A stretch of DNA of 38,456 nt from the IMG/VR virus record IMGVR_UViG_3300012942_000084, positions 1 through 38,456 of that record; one strand, written 5' to 3'. Source of the DNA: a virus (lineage: Duplodnaviria; Caudoviricetes). The notes beneath the pieces are model-generated. The model was not told the DNA's origin. It did no database searches and was given only the letters and a program-made list of their open reading frames with translations. Positions 27,832 through 35,104 of this stretch are shown here, in pieces (the stretch's first letter is position 1; every line of letters begins with the position of its first letter). A program made the position numbers and the translations under genes.

Positions 27832-28049
27832 CACTGACCACCACCCGCGGCCGCGACCCGTGCACAAGCTGCACACAGCACCGGTGCGACCGAGGCGCCA
27901 TCGACCGGGGTCATGCCGCCGCAGACGTCGCACGGCAACGGCGTTGCCGGCGGCGTGCCGTCAACCCAGTCCGTGATCTCCTTGCCGAACGCGATCACCA
28001 CCGCGATCGCGATCAGGATCAGAACGACGCCGCCGTTCACGACGCCCAT
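27831..28049 (-). CDS. Small membrane protein with CxxC pairs
   Basis: Hydrophobic VVLILIAIAVVIAF; coupled at both ends. Confidence 0.65.
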   Translation of the reverse strand: MGVVNGGVVLILIAIAVVIAFGKEITDWVDGTPPATPLPCDVCGGMTPVDGASVAPVLCAACARVAAAGGGQ

Positions 28050-28291
28050 CAGCCCAGCTCCCGCGCCGTGCGAGCCGCGATCGCGGCAGACCGGCGCAAC
28101 CGCTGCACCCGTGCCCAATGAGGGATCAGTGCGTCCGCGACCTGCAGCGGGGTCAACGCACGGTCCCGGCACAACCGGGCACCGAACGCCACCGCCTGGC
28201 CCTCACGCTGGTCCGCCATCCGCTCCAGACGAGTCGCGAGCGCCGCGGTGTTCGCGGCATACGCGTTCGTCGAGCCCACCACGGTGCTCAC
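28049..28291 (-). CDS. Hypothetical protein (80 aa)
   Basis: GTGA-coupled start, TGATG-coupled end. Confidence 0.6.
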   Translation of the reverse strand: MSTVVGSTNAYAANTAALATRLERMADQREGQAVAFGARLCRDRALTPLQVADALIPHWARVQRLRRSAAIAARTARELG

Positions 28292-28722
28292 GCCGTCCGC
28301 CCCAGGTCGTAATCCGCGACACCCGAGCGCCACCCGCACCGCCGGCACCCGGTCAACACTGCGCCGCGGCGCGGATCCAACCGGACGTCCGCGATCGTGT
28401 AGACCGACGCGGTCGAGCAGCGCGGGCACGTCCGTGACGCCGGCAACTGCACCTCGAGCGCGGTCGCCTTCGCGGTGGCCAACAGGTGCCCGTTGCAACG
28501 GATTTCGAGGATTGCACTGGTGCCGTGGTCGGCGACCATGTCGACCGCGAGTGCGTGGCGGTCCCACGACTGGGCGAACCGGTCAAGCAGGCGGCCACGC
28601 AACACCGTGCCGGCCGGTGTGCCCGCCACGATCAGATCACGCATCGGCGCCGCGTTGACGGTGTCGAACTCCACCAACGTGTAGTCCTCCCGCGGCGCCC
28701 CTTCAGGCTTGCGATGCTTCAT
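28288..28722 (-). CDS. Hypothetical protein with C-terminal zinc ribbon
   Basis: ATG 28722 with AAGGGA RBS; CPRC...CRRCGW. Confidence 0.7.
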   Translation of the reverse strand: MKHRKPEGAPREDYTLVEFDTVNAAPMRDLIVAGTPAGTVLRGRLLDRFAQSWDRHALAVDMVADHGTSAILEIRCNGHLLATAKATALEVQLPASRTCPRCSTASVYTIADVRLDPRRGAVLTGCRRCGWRSGVADYDLGRTA

Positions 28723-28747
28723 TGCGGTAAATTCCCTTCTTGTTGGT

Positions 28748-28889
28748 GGGCCCTCGGTCGACGTCGGGAAGGCGCTGTGACCGAGGGCCCGCTCTCGTTT
28801 TGTCTTCTGCACGTTGGGGGTGGCGGCGGCGGGGCAACAGCACCTCGCCCGAGGAAGGCGAACCCGCGTGGTACCGGCCCGCCGCCGCC
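28748..28889 (-). other. Two-hairpin structured intergenic RNA element
   Basis: Perfect 12-bp stems 28748-28759/28779-28790 and 28822-28833/28878-28889. Confidence 0.55.
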
Positions 28890-28982
28890 GTTCCTCACTC
28901 AGCCGGGGGGACCGCTGCTGCGTGAGGAAGACTTCGTCGCGTTTGGAGGACGAGACACCGGCCGAGCCATACGCTCGGCGTC

Positions 28983-29189
28983 ATGAAGCTGCTCACCTGG
29001 CGCTTGGACGCCGACACCATCCCCGCGCCCGGCGACACGGCCGCGAGCGTTCTGGAGCTGTTCACCCTCGTGGGTGAGCCGAACGATGCTCAACGGCTCG
29101 ACACCGGTGAGGACCAGGTGATCTCGCACTCCATCACGCAGCTCGCGGACGGCGACGTGGTCCTGAGCGTCCTGGTCGACCACGACTAG
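28983..29189 (+). CDS. Small acidic protein antisense to early operon
   Basis: 68 aa; TACGCT -10 box at 28970-28975, 7 nt before ATG (leaderless geometry). Confidence 0.6.
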   Translation: MKLLTWRLDADTIPAPGDTAASVLELFTLVGEPNDAQRLDTGEDQVISHSITQLADGDVVLSVLVDHD

Positions 29190-29236
29190 GACCAGCCGCG
29201 GCACGTCACGCCGGCCCGTGATCTCCCGCCACGGCA

Positions 29237-29467
29237 TCACTTCGCCCCAAGCTGTTGATCGCGGATCTCTGCGACGAGCTGCTTGCCTGCCGGCGAGACG
29301 TAGCACTTGCGGCACAAACCGAACGACCCGTGCACCCGGTATCCCGGCGGAATAGTGAGCGCGCACCACTCACGAGAAGCCGGAGTCATCGGGATTCCGC
29401 AGAGGTAGCACGGATCTCCAAATCGAACACGCGGCTGCGTCTTCCAGCGGTTCTGATAAGTCGGCAT
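29237..29467 (-). CDS. Small zinc-finger protein
   Basis: CYLCG...H...GLCRKCY; TGATG-coupled. Confidence 0.7.
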   Translation of the reverse strand: MPTYQNRWKTQPRVRFGDPCYLCGIPMTPASREWCALTIPPGYRVHGSFGLCRKCYVSPAGKQLVAEIRDQQLGAK

Positions 29468-29634
29468 CACCGACCACCGCCCCGAGAGCGCTCCGAAGGA
29501 ATGACGGAGAGCGAAATCGCGCAGGAGCTTGCGGCGTGCTGATTGCATTGCTCGTGTCCGATGTCTCCGGCCTGGTGACTACCGCACGCACCGGCGCACC
29601 GCTGGCAGTCCCGGCTGCCGAGATCCCATCGCAT
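29467..29634 (-). CDS. Small Cys-rich ORF (55 aa, MRWDLGSRDCQRC...), not in ORF track
   Basis: Start overlaps the Cro stop and its stop overlaps the next ATG (TGATG at both ends). Confidence 0.5.
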   Translation of the reverse strand: MRWDLGSRDCQRCAGACGSHQAGDIGHEQCNQHAASSCAISLSVIPSERSRGGGR

Positions 29635-29873
29635 CAGGAAGCCGCTTTGCCGTGGGAGCGGCGGGCGAGGCCTCGCTCCTTTTCACGGATCTCGTCGAGC
29701 AGCTCCCGGCGGACTCGTTCCACCTCCGAGACGTCGAAAAGAAACGCGCCGCGCAGGCCCGGCAGCTTCTGGCTCGGTTGGATCCGGCCGTCCCGAACCC
29801 AGCGACTGAGAGTGCTCTGGTGGACCTTGAGCACCTGAGATACCTGACCGCTCGTCATCGAGGTTGTGCGCAT
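29634..29873 (-). CDS. Cro-like HTH protein (MerR/excisionase-type)
   Basis: TSGQVSQVLKVHQSTLSRWVRDGRI...KLPGLRGAFLFD; divergent from repressor. Confidence 0.88.
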   Translation of the reverse strand: MRTTSMTSGQVSQVLKVHQSTLSRWVRDGRIQPSQKLPGLRGAFLFDVSEVERVRRELLDEIREKERGLARRSHGKAAS

Positions 29874-29999
29874 GGCCACATATGTAAATGCACATGTTGT
29901 GGATTGTCAAGGAACGTGCATTTCCTGATGAAGGATCGATGTTCAGAAAACTTGGATGCCCCCTTCCGTACGATGTGAACGTTATGCAATACTCGCGAC
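29874..29999. promoter_or_regulatory. Divergent immunity control region (lytic and repressor promoters, candidate operators)
   Basis: AT-rich; minus-strand TTGACA at 29910-29905; plus-strand TGC-AATACT 6 nt before the repressor ATG; AAATGCAC/GTGCATTT inverted repeat flanking the -35. Confidence 0.7.
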
Positions 30000-30635
30000 A
30001 TGAGTACAGCACCGACAGAGCGTGTGGACCTGCGGTTCGACCTAGTGGACCGCTTGCACAAGTCCCTCCGGGTCTCGCGTAAGACCGCGGGGCGGATTGC
30101 CGAAGACCTCGACACTCACCGCAACACCGTTGCGAACTACTTGTCGGGACGTAGTCAGCCGAAGCGCGAAACGCTCGCGGGGTGGGCGTTGGCCACCGGT
30201 GTACCTCTCCGCTGGCTCGAGTCCGGTGACATGGGTCCGAGTGGTGGACCTGATGGATCGTCCGGTCAGCTCTCGACCGCGTCTGTGGGCGCGATCCGTG
30301 CTGGGATTTCGCAAGTGATCGGCCGGGACGTCGACATGATCACGTTTGCGCTGGTCGCTGAGGCCCTCGGCGGACACGACGACGAGATGCTCGCGAAGAA
30401 CGGATTCACGGCGTGGATCATCGCGACGGCATCAGGCTTCGACGCGAAGGCGCGCGGTCTCTCGCAGTTCGTACCCGCGTACATAGATGAAGACCGCCTC
30501 GCGAGTGATCTTCGCAAGGCGGTCGATGAGTGCACCCGTAGGGATTCGAACCCCAAACCTTCTGATCCGAGGTTGGCAGCTCCCGTCGTTGAGCTATTTC
30601 CGCTCCTGACGCTACCTGACCGGGTCGCGTCATGA
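30000..30635 (+). CDS. Immunity repressor (XRE HTH) containing attP
   Basis: DRLHKSLR...IAEDLDTHRNTVANYLSGR..P......WALATGVPL.WLESG; attP core encodes CTRRDSNPKPSDP. Confidence 0.92.
   Translation: MSTAPTERVDLRFDLVDRLHKSLRVSRKTAGRIAEDLDTHRNTVANYLSGRSQPKRETLAGWALATGVPLRWLESGDMGPSGGPDGSSGQLSTASVGAIRAGISQVIGRDVDMITFALVAEALGGHDDEMLAKNGFTAWIIATASGFDAKARGLSQFVPAYIDEDRLASDLRKAVDECTRRDSNPKPSDPRLAAPVVELFPLLTLPDRVAS
30531..30569 (-). other. attP common core = 3' half of tRNA-Arg(ACG)
   Basis: Reverse complement CGGATCAGAAGGTTTGGGGTTCGAATCCCTACGGGTGCA gives anticodon 3' side, T-arm with GTTCGAATC and acceptor 3' strand; no 5' half present. Confidence 0.9.
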
Positions 30636-30802
30636 GCACTCGCGACGTCTCGCAGTACGGCGCGTACATCGCGAGCGCACTCGACGCGCTGTCCCTCGAG
30701 GTCGGCTGCGACCACGACGCCCAGCTGATCGCACGACGCGCCGATGAGTGGCGCGCCGAGGCACTGACCACAACTCACGGAACGGAGGACCGCGATGGCT
30801 GA
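30632..30802 (+). CDS. Small protein (56 aa, MSTRDVSQYGAYIASAL...), not in ORF track
   Basis: ATGA-coupled to the repressor stop; overlaps next start. Confidence 0.6.
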   Translation: MSTRDVSQYGAYIASALDALSLEVGCDHDAQLIARRADEWRAEALTTTHGTEDRDG

Positions 30803-31109
30803 GCTCGACCAGGAGTCAAGGTGTAGCCGGCTGACGTCGGCATCAAACGGGATCGACAACGCCCGCTACTTCATCGAGCGCGACGAGTCGCCCGACCTGC
30901 TGCAGCAGGCGAAGCACGCCGCGATGTGGTGGGGGATGTTCGCCGAGGAGCTCGCCGCGCAGCTCCTGGCGGCCGGGCACACGTGGCCGGAGATCTTCGA
31001 CGCGCTCAAGCTCGCCGGGCCGACCGGCGCCCTTGCCGACTACTTCCGCGACTGCGCCGAGCGGCGCGCTGCCGATCTGCAAGCCATCCAACAGGAAGCC
31101 CACCTCTGA
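30795..31109 (+). CDS. Hypothetical protein (104 aa)
   Basis: GGAGG RBS; phage-like codon usage. Confidence 0.75.
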   Translation: MAELDQESRCSRLTSASNGIDNARYFIERDESPDLLQQAKHAAMWWGMFAEELAAQLLAAGHTWPEIFDALKLAGPTGALADYFRDCAERRAADLQAIQQEAHL

Positions 31110-31125
31110 GGGGAAGGACAGCACG

Positions 31126-31455
31126 ATGCCCACCAACCACGAAGTCGCCGCCGCGCGCCGAGTACTCGCCCACTGGTATGCCGACCACGGCGACGTCCAC
31201 CGCTGCATGATTCAGCTCTCCAAGGCGATCGAAGCCGAACACGCGCCGGTGCCGGCGGCGGCCGCGGTGATCGGCGCCCACGGCACTGTCACGCAGATCC
31301 GGGAGACACGATGCGGTCAGCAACTCCACGGACTCGACACGTGGACCTGCGCGCTGCCGGCCGGGCACGCCGGGATGTTCCACGAGACGCCCGAAGGCGA
31401 CCGTTGGCGCACCCGAACCCGTGAGCATCTCACCCAGACAACCGACCAGTTGTGA
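31126..31455 (+). CDS. Hypothetical protein with C...C.LP.GH.G.H motif
   Basis: AAGGA RBS before ATG 31126. Confidence 0.7.
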   Translation: MPTNHEVAAARRVLAHWYADHGDVHRCMIQLSKAIEAEHAPVPAAAAVIGAHGTVTQIRETRCGQQLHGLDTWTCALPAGHAGMFHETPEGDRWRTRTREHLTQTTDQL

Positions 31456-32456
31456 AAAGGGATCAGTACGCTCGTCGGCCGGGTGTCAAGATGTCACATC
31501 TCCGTATAGTCCCTGGTGCGTTCCTGGGAAGTGGCTGCGCGAACGTCTTTGCGGCTGATAGGAATTCGGTCATGAACGACGTCCCGGGGGAGGCCTGGCA
31601 ACAGCCCGCACTGCCGATCGCAAACGACTTCGACGACACACTCGAGGCGTGGAAACGCCACCAGGTCGCGGCCGCGCACAGCAAGCGCACCATCCAGTCA
31701 CGGACCTACCTGATTCGCCGCTTGCGCCGGCAGGGCATCGACCCGCTGACCGCGTCCCGCGACGAGCTCACCGACTGGCTCAGTGCACTCACCAAACCGG
31801 ACACGGACGAGCTCGTCGAACGGTCCACGCTGGCGACGTACCAGTCCTATCTGCGTGCGTTCTACAGCTGGCTGCAGGACACCGGCCGGCGCGACGACGA
31901 CCCATCGCTGAAGCTGCCGAAACCGCACGCACCACGCGGAGTGCCGCGCCCCCACTCGCTCACCCAGGTCCAGGCGATGCTCGCGGCCTGCTCGGACTTC
32001 CGCACCCGCCAGACCAGGGCGTACATCATCCTCGCCTGCTACGCCGGCCTGCGAGCGCACGAGATCGCCAAGGTCCGCGGTGAGGACCTGGTCGGCGACC
32101 AGCTGCGGGTCCGCGGCAAGGGCGGCAAAGACGCCACCATCGGTGTCCACCCGAAGGTCGCGCAGCTCGCGTTGACAATGCCCACCCGCGGATGGTGGTT
32201 TCCATCAGACAGTATTGCTGGACACGTCCACCGGTGTTCGGTTTCGAGCGCCATCAAACGGGCGATGAACCGCGCCGGTGTGCCCGGCACGCCCCACGCC
32301 TGCCGACACTTCTACGGCACGCAGGTGCTCCGGGCCACCGGCAACCTGCGCCTCGCCCAACGGGCCCTGCGGCACGCGAGCCCAGCCACCACCGCGATCT
32401 ACACGAAGGTGTTCGATGATGAACTCCTGAACGCGATCGCCGCCATACCCGCATGA
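31452..32456 (+). CDS. int: Tyrosine integrase, no evident N-terminal arm-binding domain (start may be ATG 31572)
   Basis: GLRAHE, GKGGK, HACRH, LRH, TAIY catalytic motifs; ends AIAAIPA. Confidence 0.95.
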   Translation: MKRDQYARRPGVKMSHLRIVPGAFLGSGCANVFAADRNSVMNDVPGEAWQQPALPIANDFDDTLEAWKRHQVAAAHSKRTIQSRTYLIRRLRRQGIDPLTASRDELTDWLSALTKPDTDELVERSTLATYQSYLRAFYSWLQDTGRRDDDPSLKLPKPHAPRGVPRPHSLTQVQAMLAACSDFRTRQTRAYIILACYAGLRAHEIAKVRGEDLVGDQLRVRGKGGKDATIGVHPKVAQLALTMPTRGWWFPSDSIAGHVHRCSVSSAIKRAMNRAGVPGTPHACRHFYGTQVLRATGNLRLAQRALRHASPATTAIYTKVFDDELLNAIAAIPA

Positions 32457-32755
32457 GAAGGCTGACCATGGCACCAGACCACACCGCCGCGTCACTCACC
32501 GAACCGCTCTCGATCGCGGACGACACCATGCCGCTGGCGTCCGCCCTGCGCGTCCTCGGCGTCAGATCCCGGCTCGAGGCACTCCAGATGCTGATGGACG
32601 GACCTCGACTGACGGCGCAACTGCCAGCACGCCACGACGAGCTCAACATGCTGCAAGACGTCGGGGTCGTCACCAGCGTCCCGGAAGGCCGGACCTGGCG
32701 ATGGTCGCTGGTCCCCGAAGCCTTGGAGAAGGTCGCGGACTGTCTGAAAGGCTGA
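32453..32755 (+). CDS. ArsR-like winged-helix protein (shortened HTH)
   Basis: LRVLG..SRL..L..L..GP...L...GVV....EGR...WSL; ATGA-coupled to int. Confidence 0.7.
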   Translation: MRRLTMAPDHTAASLTEPLSIADDTMPLASALRVLGVRSRLEALQMLMDGPRLTAQLPARHDELNMLQDVGVVTSVPEGRTWRWSLVPEALEKVADCLKG

Positions 32756-32759
32756 CGCG

Positions 32760-33104
32760 ATGTCGGGATCCACGCGCACACTGGAGCTCGTGAACCACGG
32801 GATCGCGCAAGGTGCCGACAAGCCCTCCGGCCCGCGCGCCCTGGCGAACGCGTCCTGGCCGCGGTTCCCCCGCCGAGTGCCGACGAGGCCACGGATCCCC
32901 GTCACAGTCCGGCTGGTGTGGTCCGACAAGGAAGAGTGGGTCCACGGCCACGCGACGAGGTGGTCCGGACGCCACGTGTTCGTCGCGGTCTGGCACGACC
33001 GAGTTCGACCCGTGCACGGGGTCTGGGTCGATGCCGCTGACGTCCGACGCTCGGCCCGGGCCGGGGTCGAGAAGGTCTCAATTTCGGCAAAACCGCGTAC
33101 GTGA
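32760..33104 (+). CDS. Hypothetical small beta-rich protein
   Basis: PVTVRLVW...EEW..G.A.RW....V.V...VWV.A.DV.R pattern. Confidence 0.65.
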   Translation: MSGSTRTLELVNHGIAQGADKPSGPRALANASWPRFPRRVPTRPRIPVTVRLVWSDKEEWVHGHATRWSGRHVFVAVWHDRVRPVHGVWVDAADVRRSARAGVEKVSISAKPRT

Positions 33105-33206
33105 CGGCTTCCCGACGAGTATGACTTGGGGACGGCTCGGGGGCCGCGGAGCGCAACCCCGCGACGCCGAACAGAGGGCGACGCGAACGATCGGAGGTGG
33201 GTTCGG

Positions 33207-33734
33207 ATGCCAATCCCGCCGATCGACCCACGGACGGGTTTGCTGCCAGCGGCAGCTGGGGCATACAGCGCCACACTGCAAGAGATTGAACAGCAATTCG
33301 TCGTGCACGCGCCCAACGCGCTCCAACGCGCCGACATCTTCGCTGCCCTTTGCTTGTGGGTCACCCGGGTGCGTGCCACCTTCGGGACCGGGCGTGTCTG
33401 GATTGATGGCGGTTTCGTCACCCATAAGGCACCGCCGCCGCATGACGTCGACGTCGTCTTCATCCCAGACGACCCTGGTCGAGTGAACGATGAATTACTC
33501 ATGGCGGAGGGGTACGACCTCCTCACCTTGCAACAGCTGTTCTTCCTGCATCCAGCACCGGGTGGGACACTAGAACGACTGCAACCTGTCGGTGGTCTCG
33601 TCGATGCTTTTATTGCGGACCCGCGGCGGCCCGACGTACTTCAGTCTTGGGCGACACTGTGGTCAGCGGTCAAACTCGATGACGGATCGATCTCACAAAA
33701 TCAGACGAAGGGCTACTTGGAGGTGATTCTGTGA
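33207..33734 (+). CDS. DUF6932-like polymerase-beta-family nucleotidyltransferase
   Basis: GLLP N-terminus, WIDGGFVTHK..P.DVDVV (GG/GS + DxD), later VDAF, C-terminal KG; GGAGG RBS. Confidence 0.8.
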   Translation: MPIPPIDPRTGLLPAAAGAYSATLQEIEQQFVVHAPNALQRADIFAALCLWVTRVRATFGTGRVWIDGGFVTHKAPPPHDVDVVFIPDDPGRVNDELLMAEGYDLLTLQQLFFLHPAPGGTLERLQPVGGLVDAFIADPRRPDVLQSWATLWSAVKLDDGSISQNQTKGYLEVIL

Positions 33735-34636
33735 CGAACGTGCTGCAACTCCGCGAGGAAATCGCTCGTATCGCTGCGGAGACCCACCAGGATCGTCTTG
33801 CGGAGGTTGCGAGTGACGGACTCGTCATGGCCTTCGACAAGGTCGTGCCTCGAGTCATGGCGATCCGCGGCGCCGCCAGCATCGCGCTAAGTGTCCAACC
33901 AGGCATCGGTCGGCTCACTTCACGCCAGTCCGCCCAGACGCAAGAACGGTTCGCACGAGCTGTCGCATCCATTGGGCACGAGATCTCACGGCCCCGAGAA
34001 CCCACCACAAGGCTGACGCAGGCGGACTACGCTCGCGCACCGATCTTCACCACCACGACACCGGCGGGCCTCCTCGTCTTCACGCCCGCTCGGGGGGCAC
34101 TGGTTGCGGAAGACGAAACAGAGTCATTGTCCGAGCGCGCAATGTCGCGGTTAGCCGACCTGCTGCCGGCGCGAGACCAGGACGATCTGCTCCAGGAACG
34201 CCTACTCTCGCTCCGAGTTCCGTCTGCACGTGCGGTTCATGAGGTGGCGATGGTCGCCAAGTCAGTCGGTGGCCTCGAGCTATCGCTCGTAACAACAGAT
34301 GATGAGACGCACGTCACTTCGGTGGTCACCTACGACCAAGCCGACTGGATCGAGGATTTCCTCGACGACCAAAGCGAGTCGGTGGTCCGCCAGCGTGTGA
34401 AGGGACGCCTCGACGGGATGCGCTACAAGCGCCGAATGTTCTACCTTGAGGCGGACGGCGGTGCGGAGTTCTCCGGCACGATCGATGAGTCGCTAGTCGA
34501 CCGCGTGAGCCACCTTGTGAACGAGCCCGTAAACGCCGTGCTCGAGAAGGTGACCCGAACCAGCCGAGCCGGTATCGAACAACGGCCGACCTATCGACTC
34601 GTTGGGGTCAGCGAGCAAGATTTGAAGATGCTGTAG
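33731..34636 (+). CDS. Uncharacterised 301-aa partner of the nucleotidyltransferase (possible C-terminal OB-like domain)
   Basis: GTGA-coupled with GGAGG RBS; beta-rich C-terminus VKGRLDG...FYLE...FSG...YRLVGV. Confidence 0.8.
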   Translation: MTNVLQLREEIARIAAETHQDRLAEVASDGLVMAFDKVVPRVMAIRGAASIALSVQPGIGRLTSRQSAQTQERFARAVASIGHEISRPREPTTRLTQADYARAPIFTTTTPAGLLVFTPARGALVAEDETESLSERAMSRLADLLPARDQDDLLQERLLSLRVPSARAVHEVAMVAKSVGGLELSLVTTDDETHVTSVVTYDQADWIEDFLDDQSESVVRQRVKGRLDGMRYKRRMFYLEADGGAEFSGTIDESLVDRVSHLVNEPVNAVLEKVTRTSRAGIEQRPTYRLVGVSEQDLKML

Positions 34637-34650
34637 ATGGTCGAACGACG

Positions 34651-34693
34651 AAAAGGCCCCGCCCGAGCGCGTAGCTCGAGCGGGGCCTTCGTT
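34651..34693. terminator. Intrinsic terminator between convergent accessory cassette and lysis operon
   Basis: AAGGCCCCGC.CGAGC / GCTCGAGCGGGGCCTT stem; T-tract on the minus strand, TTCGTT on the plus strand. Confidence 0.8.
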
Positions 34694-34708
34694 GCCGCCG
34701 ACAGTCCG

Positions 34709-35104
34709 TCAGCCGCCGGCGGCGTCCTCGGTGAAGATCCCGTCCGGGATCGGTACGCAGGGCACGGTCTGCCCGGCGAGCACGTGCGTCGAATCGGGGA
34801 GGAACTGCCATTGCCCGTCGCGCACGAACGAGTGGCACCTGGTGTCGTCCCCGGGCTCGACGCTCGGGTGCCGGTGCTTCACGAACTCCGGGTACTCCGG
34901 CGGCCACTGGGCGCCGTGCACCAGGATCGACGGGCTGATCGTCGGCTTCACCCGGTCGCCATCCCACGTCCACTGTGGCCCGAGCTGCTCGCCGGCCGTT
35001 CCACCGAACTGGACCCGGTGCAACTGCTCGCAGCCCGGGCACCACAGCCACAGGGATGTGCCACGCCGCCCCGGCTGGGACGCCGGGTCGGTGCGGACGA
35101 TCAC
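34709..35104 (-). CDS. DUF6527-like Cys/His protein
   Basis: WCPGC...H, W.WDGD...PT.SPSIL, RCHSFVRDG..QFL.D.TH.LAGQTV. Confidence 0.8.
   Translation of the reverse strand: MIVRTDPASQPGRRGTSLWLWCPGCEQLHRVQFGGTAGEQLGPQWTWDGDRVKPTISPSILVHGAQWPPEYPEFVKHRHPSVEPGDDTRCHSFVRDGQWQFLPDSTHVLAGQTVPCVPIPDGIFTEDAAGG

Noticed and set aside
22859-29873. Shared C-terminal degrons on early proteins (GAAS, AATS, KAAS)
   Set aside because: These endings can arise from stop/start overlap constraints, so they are not independent evidence. The same caveat applies partly to the repressor's VAS end.
30500-30610. Complete tRNA gene
   Set aside because: Only the 3' half is present; no D-arm or 5' acceptor strand, so it is an att core.
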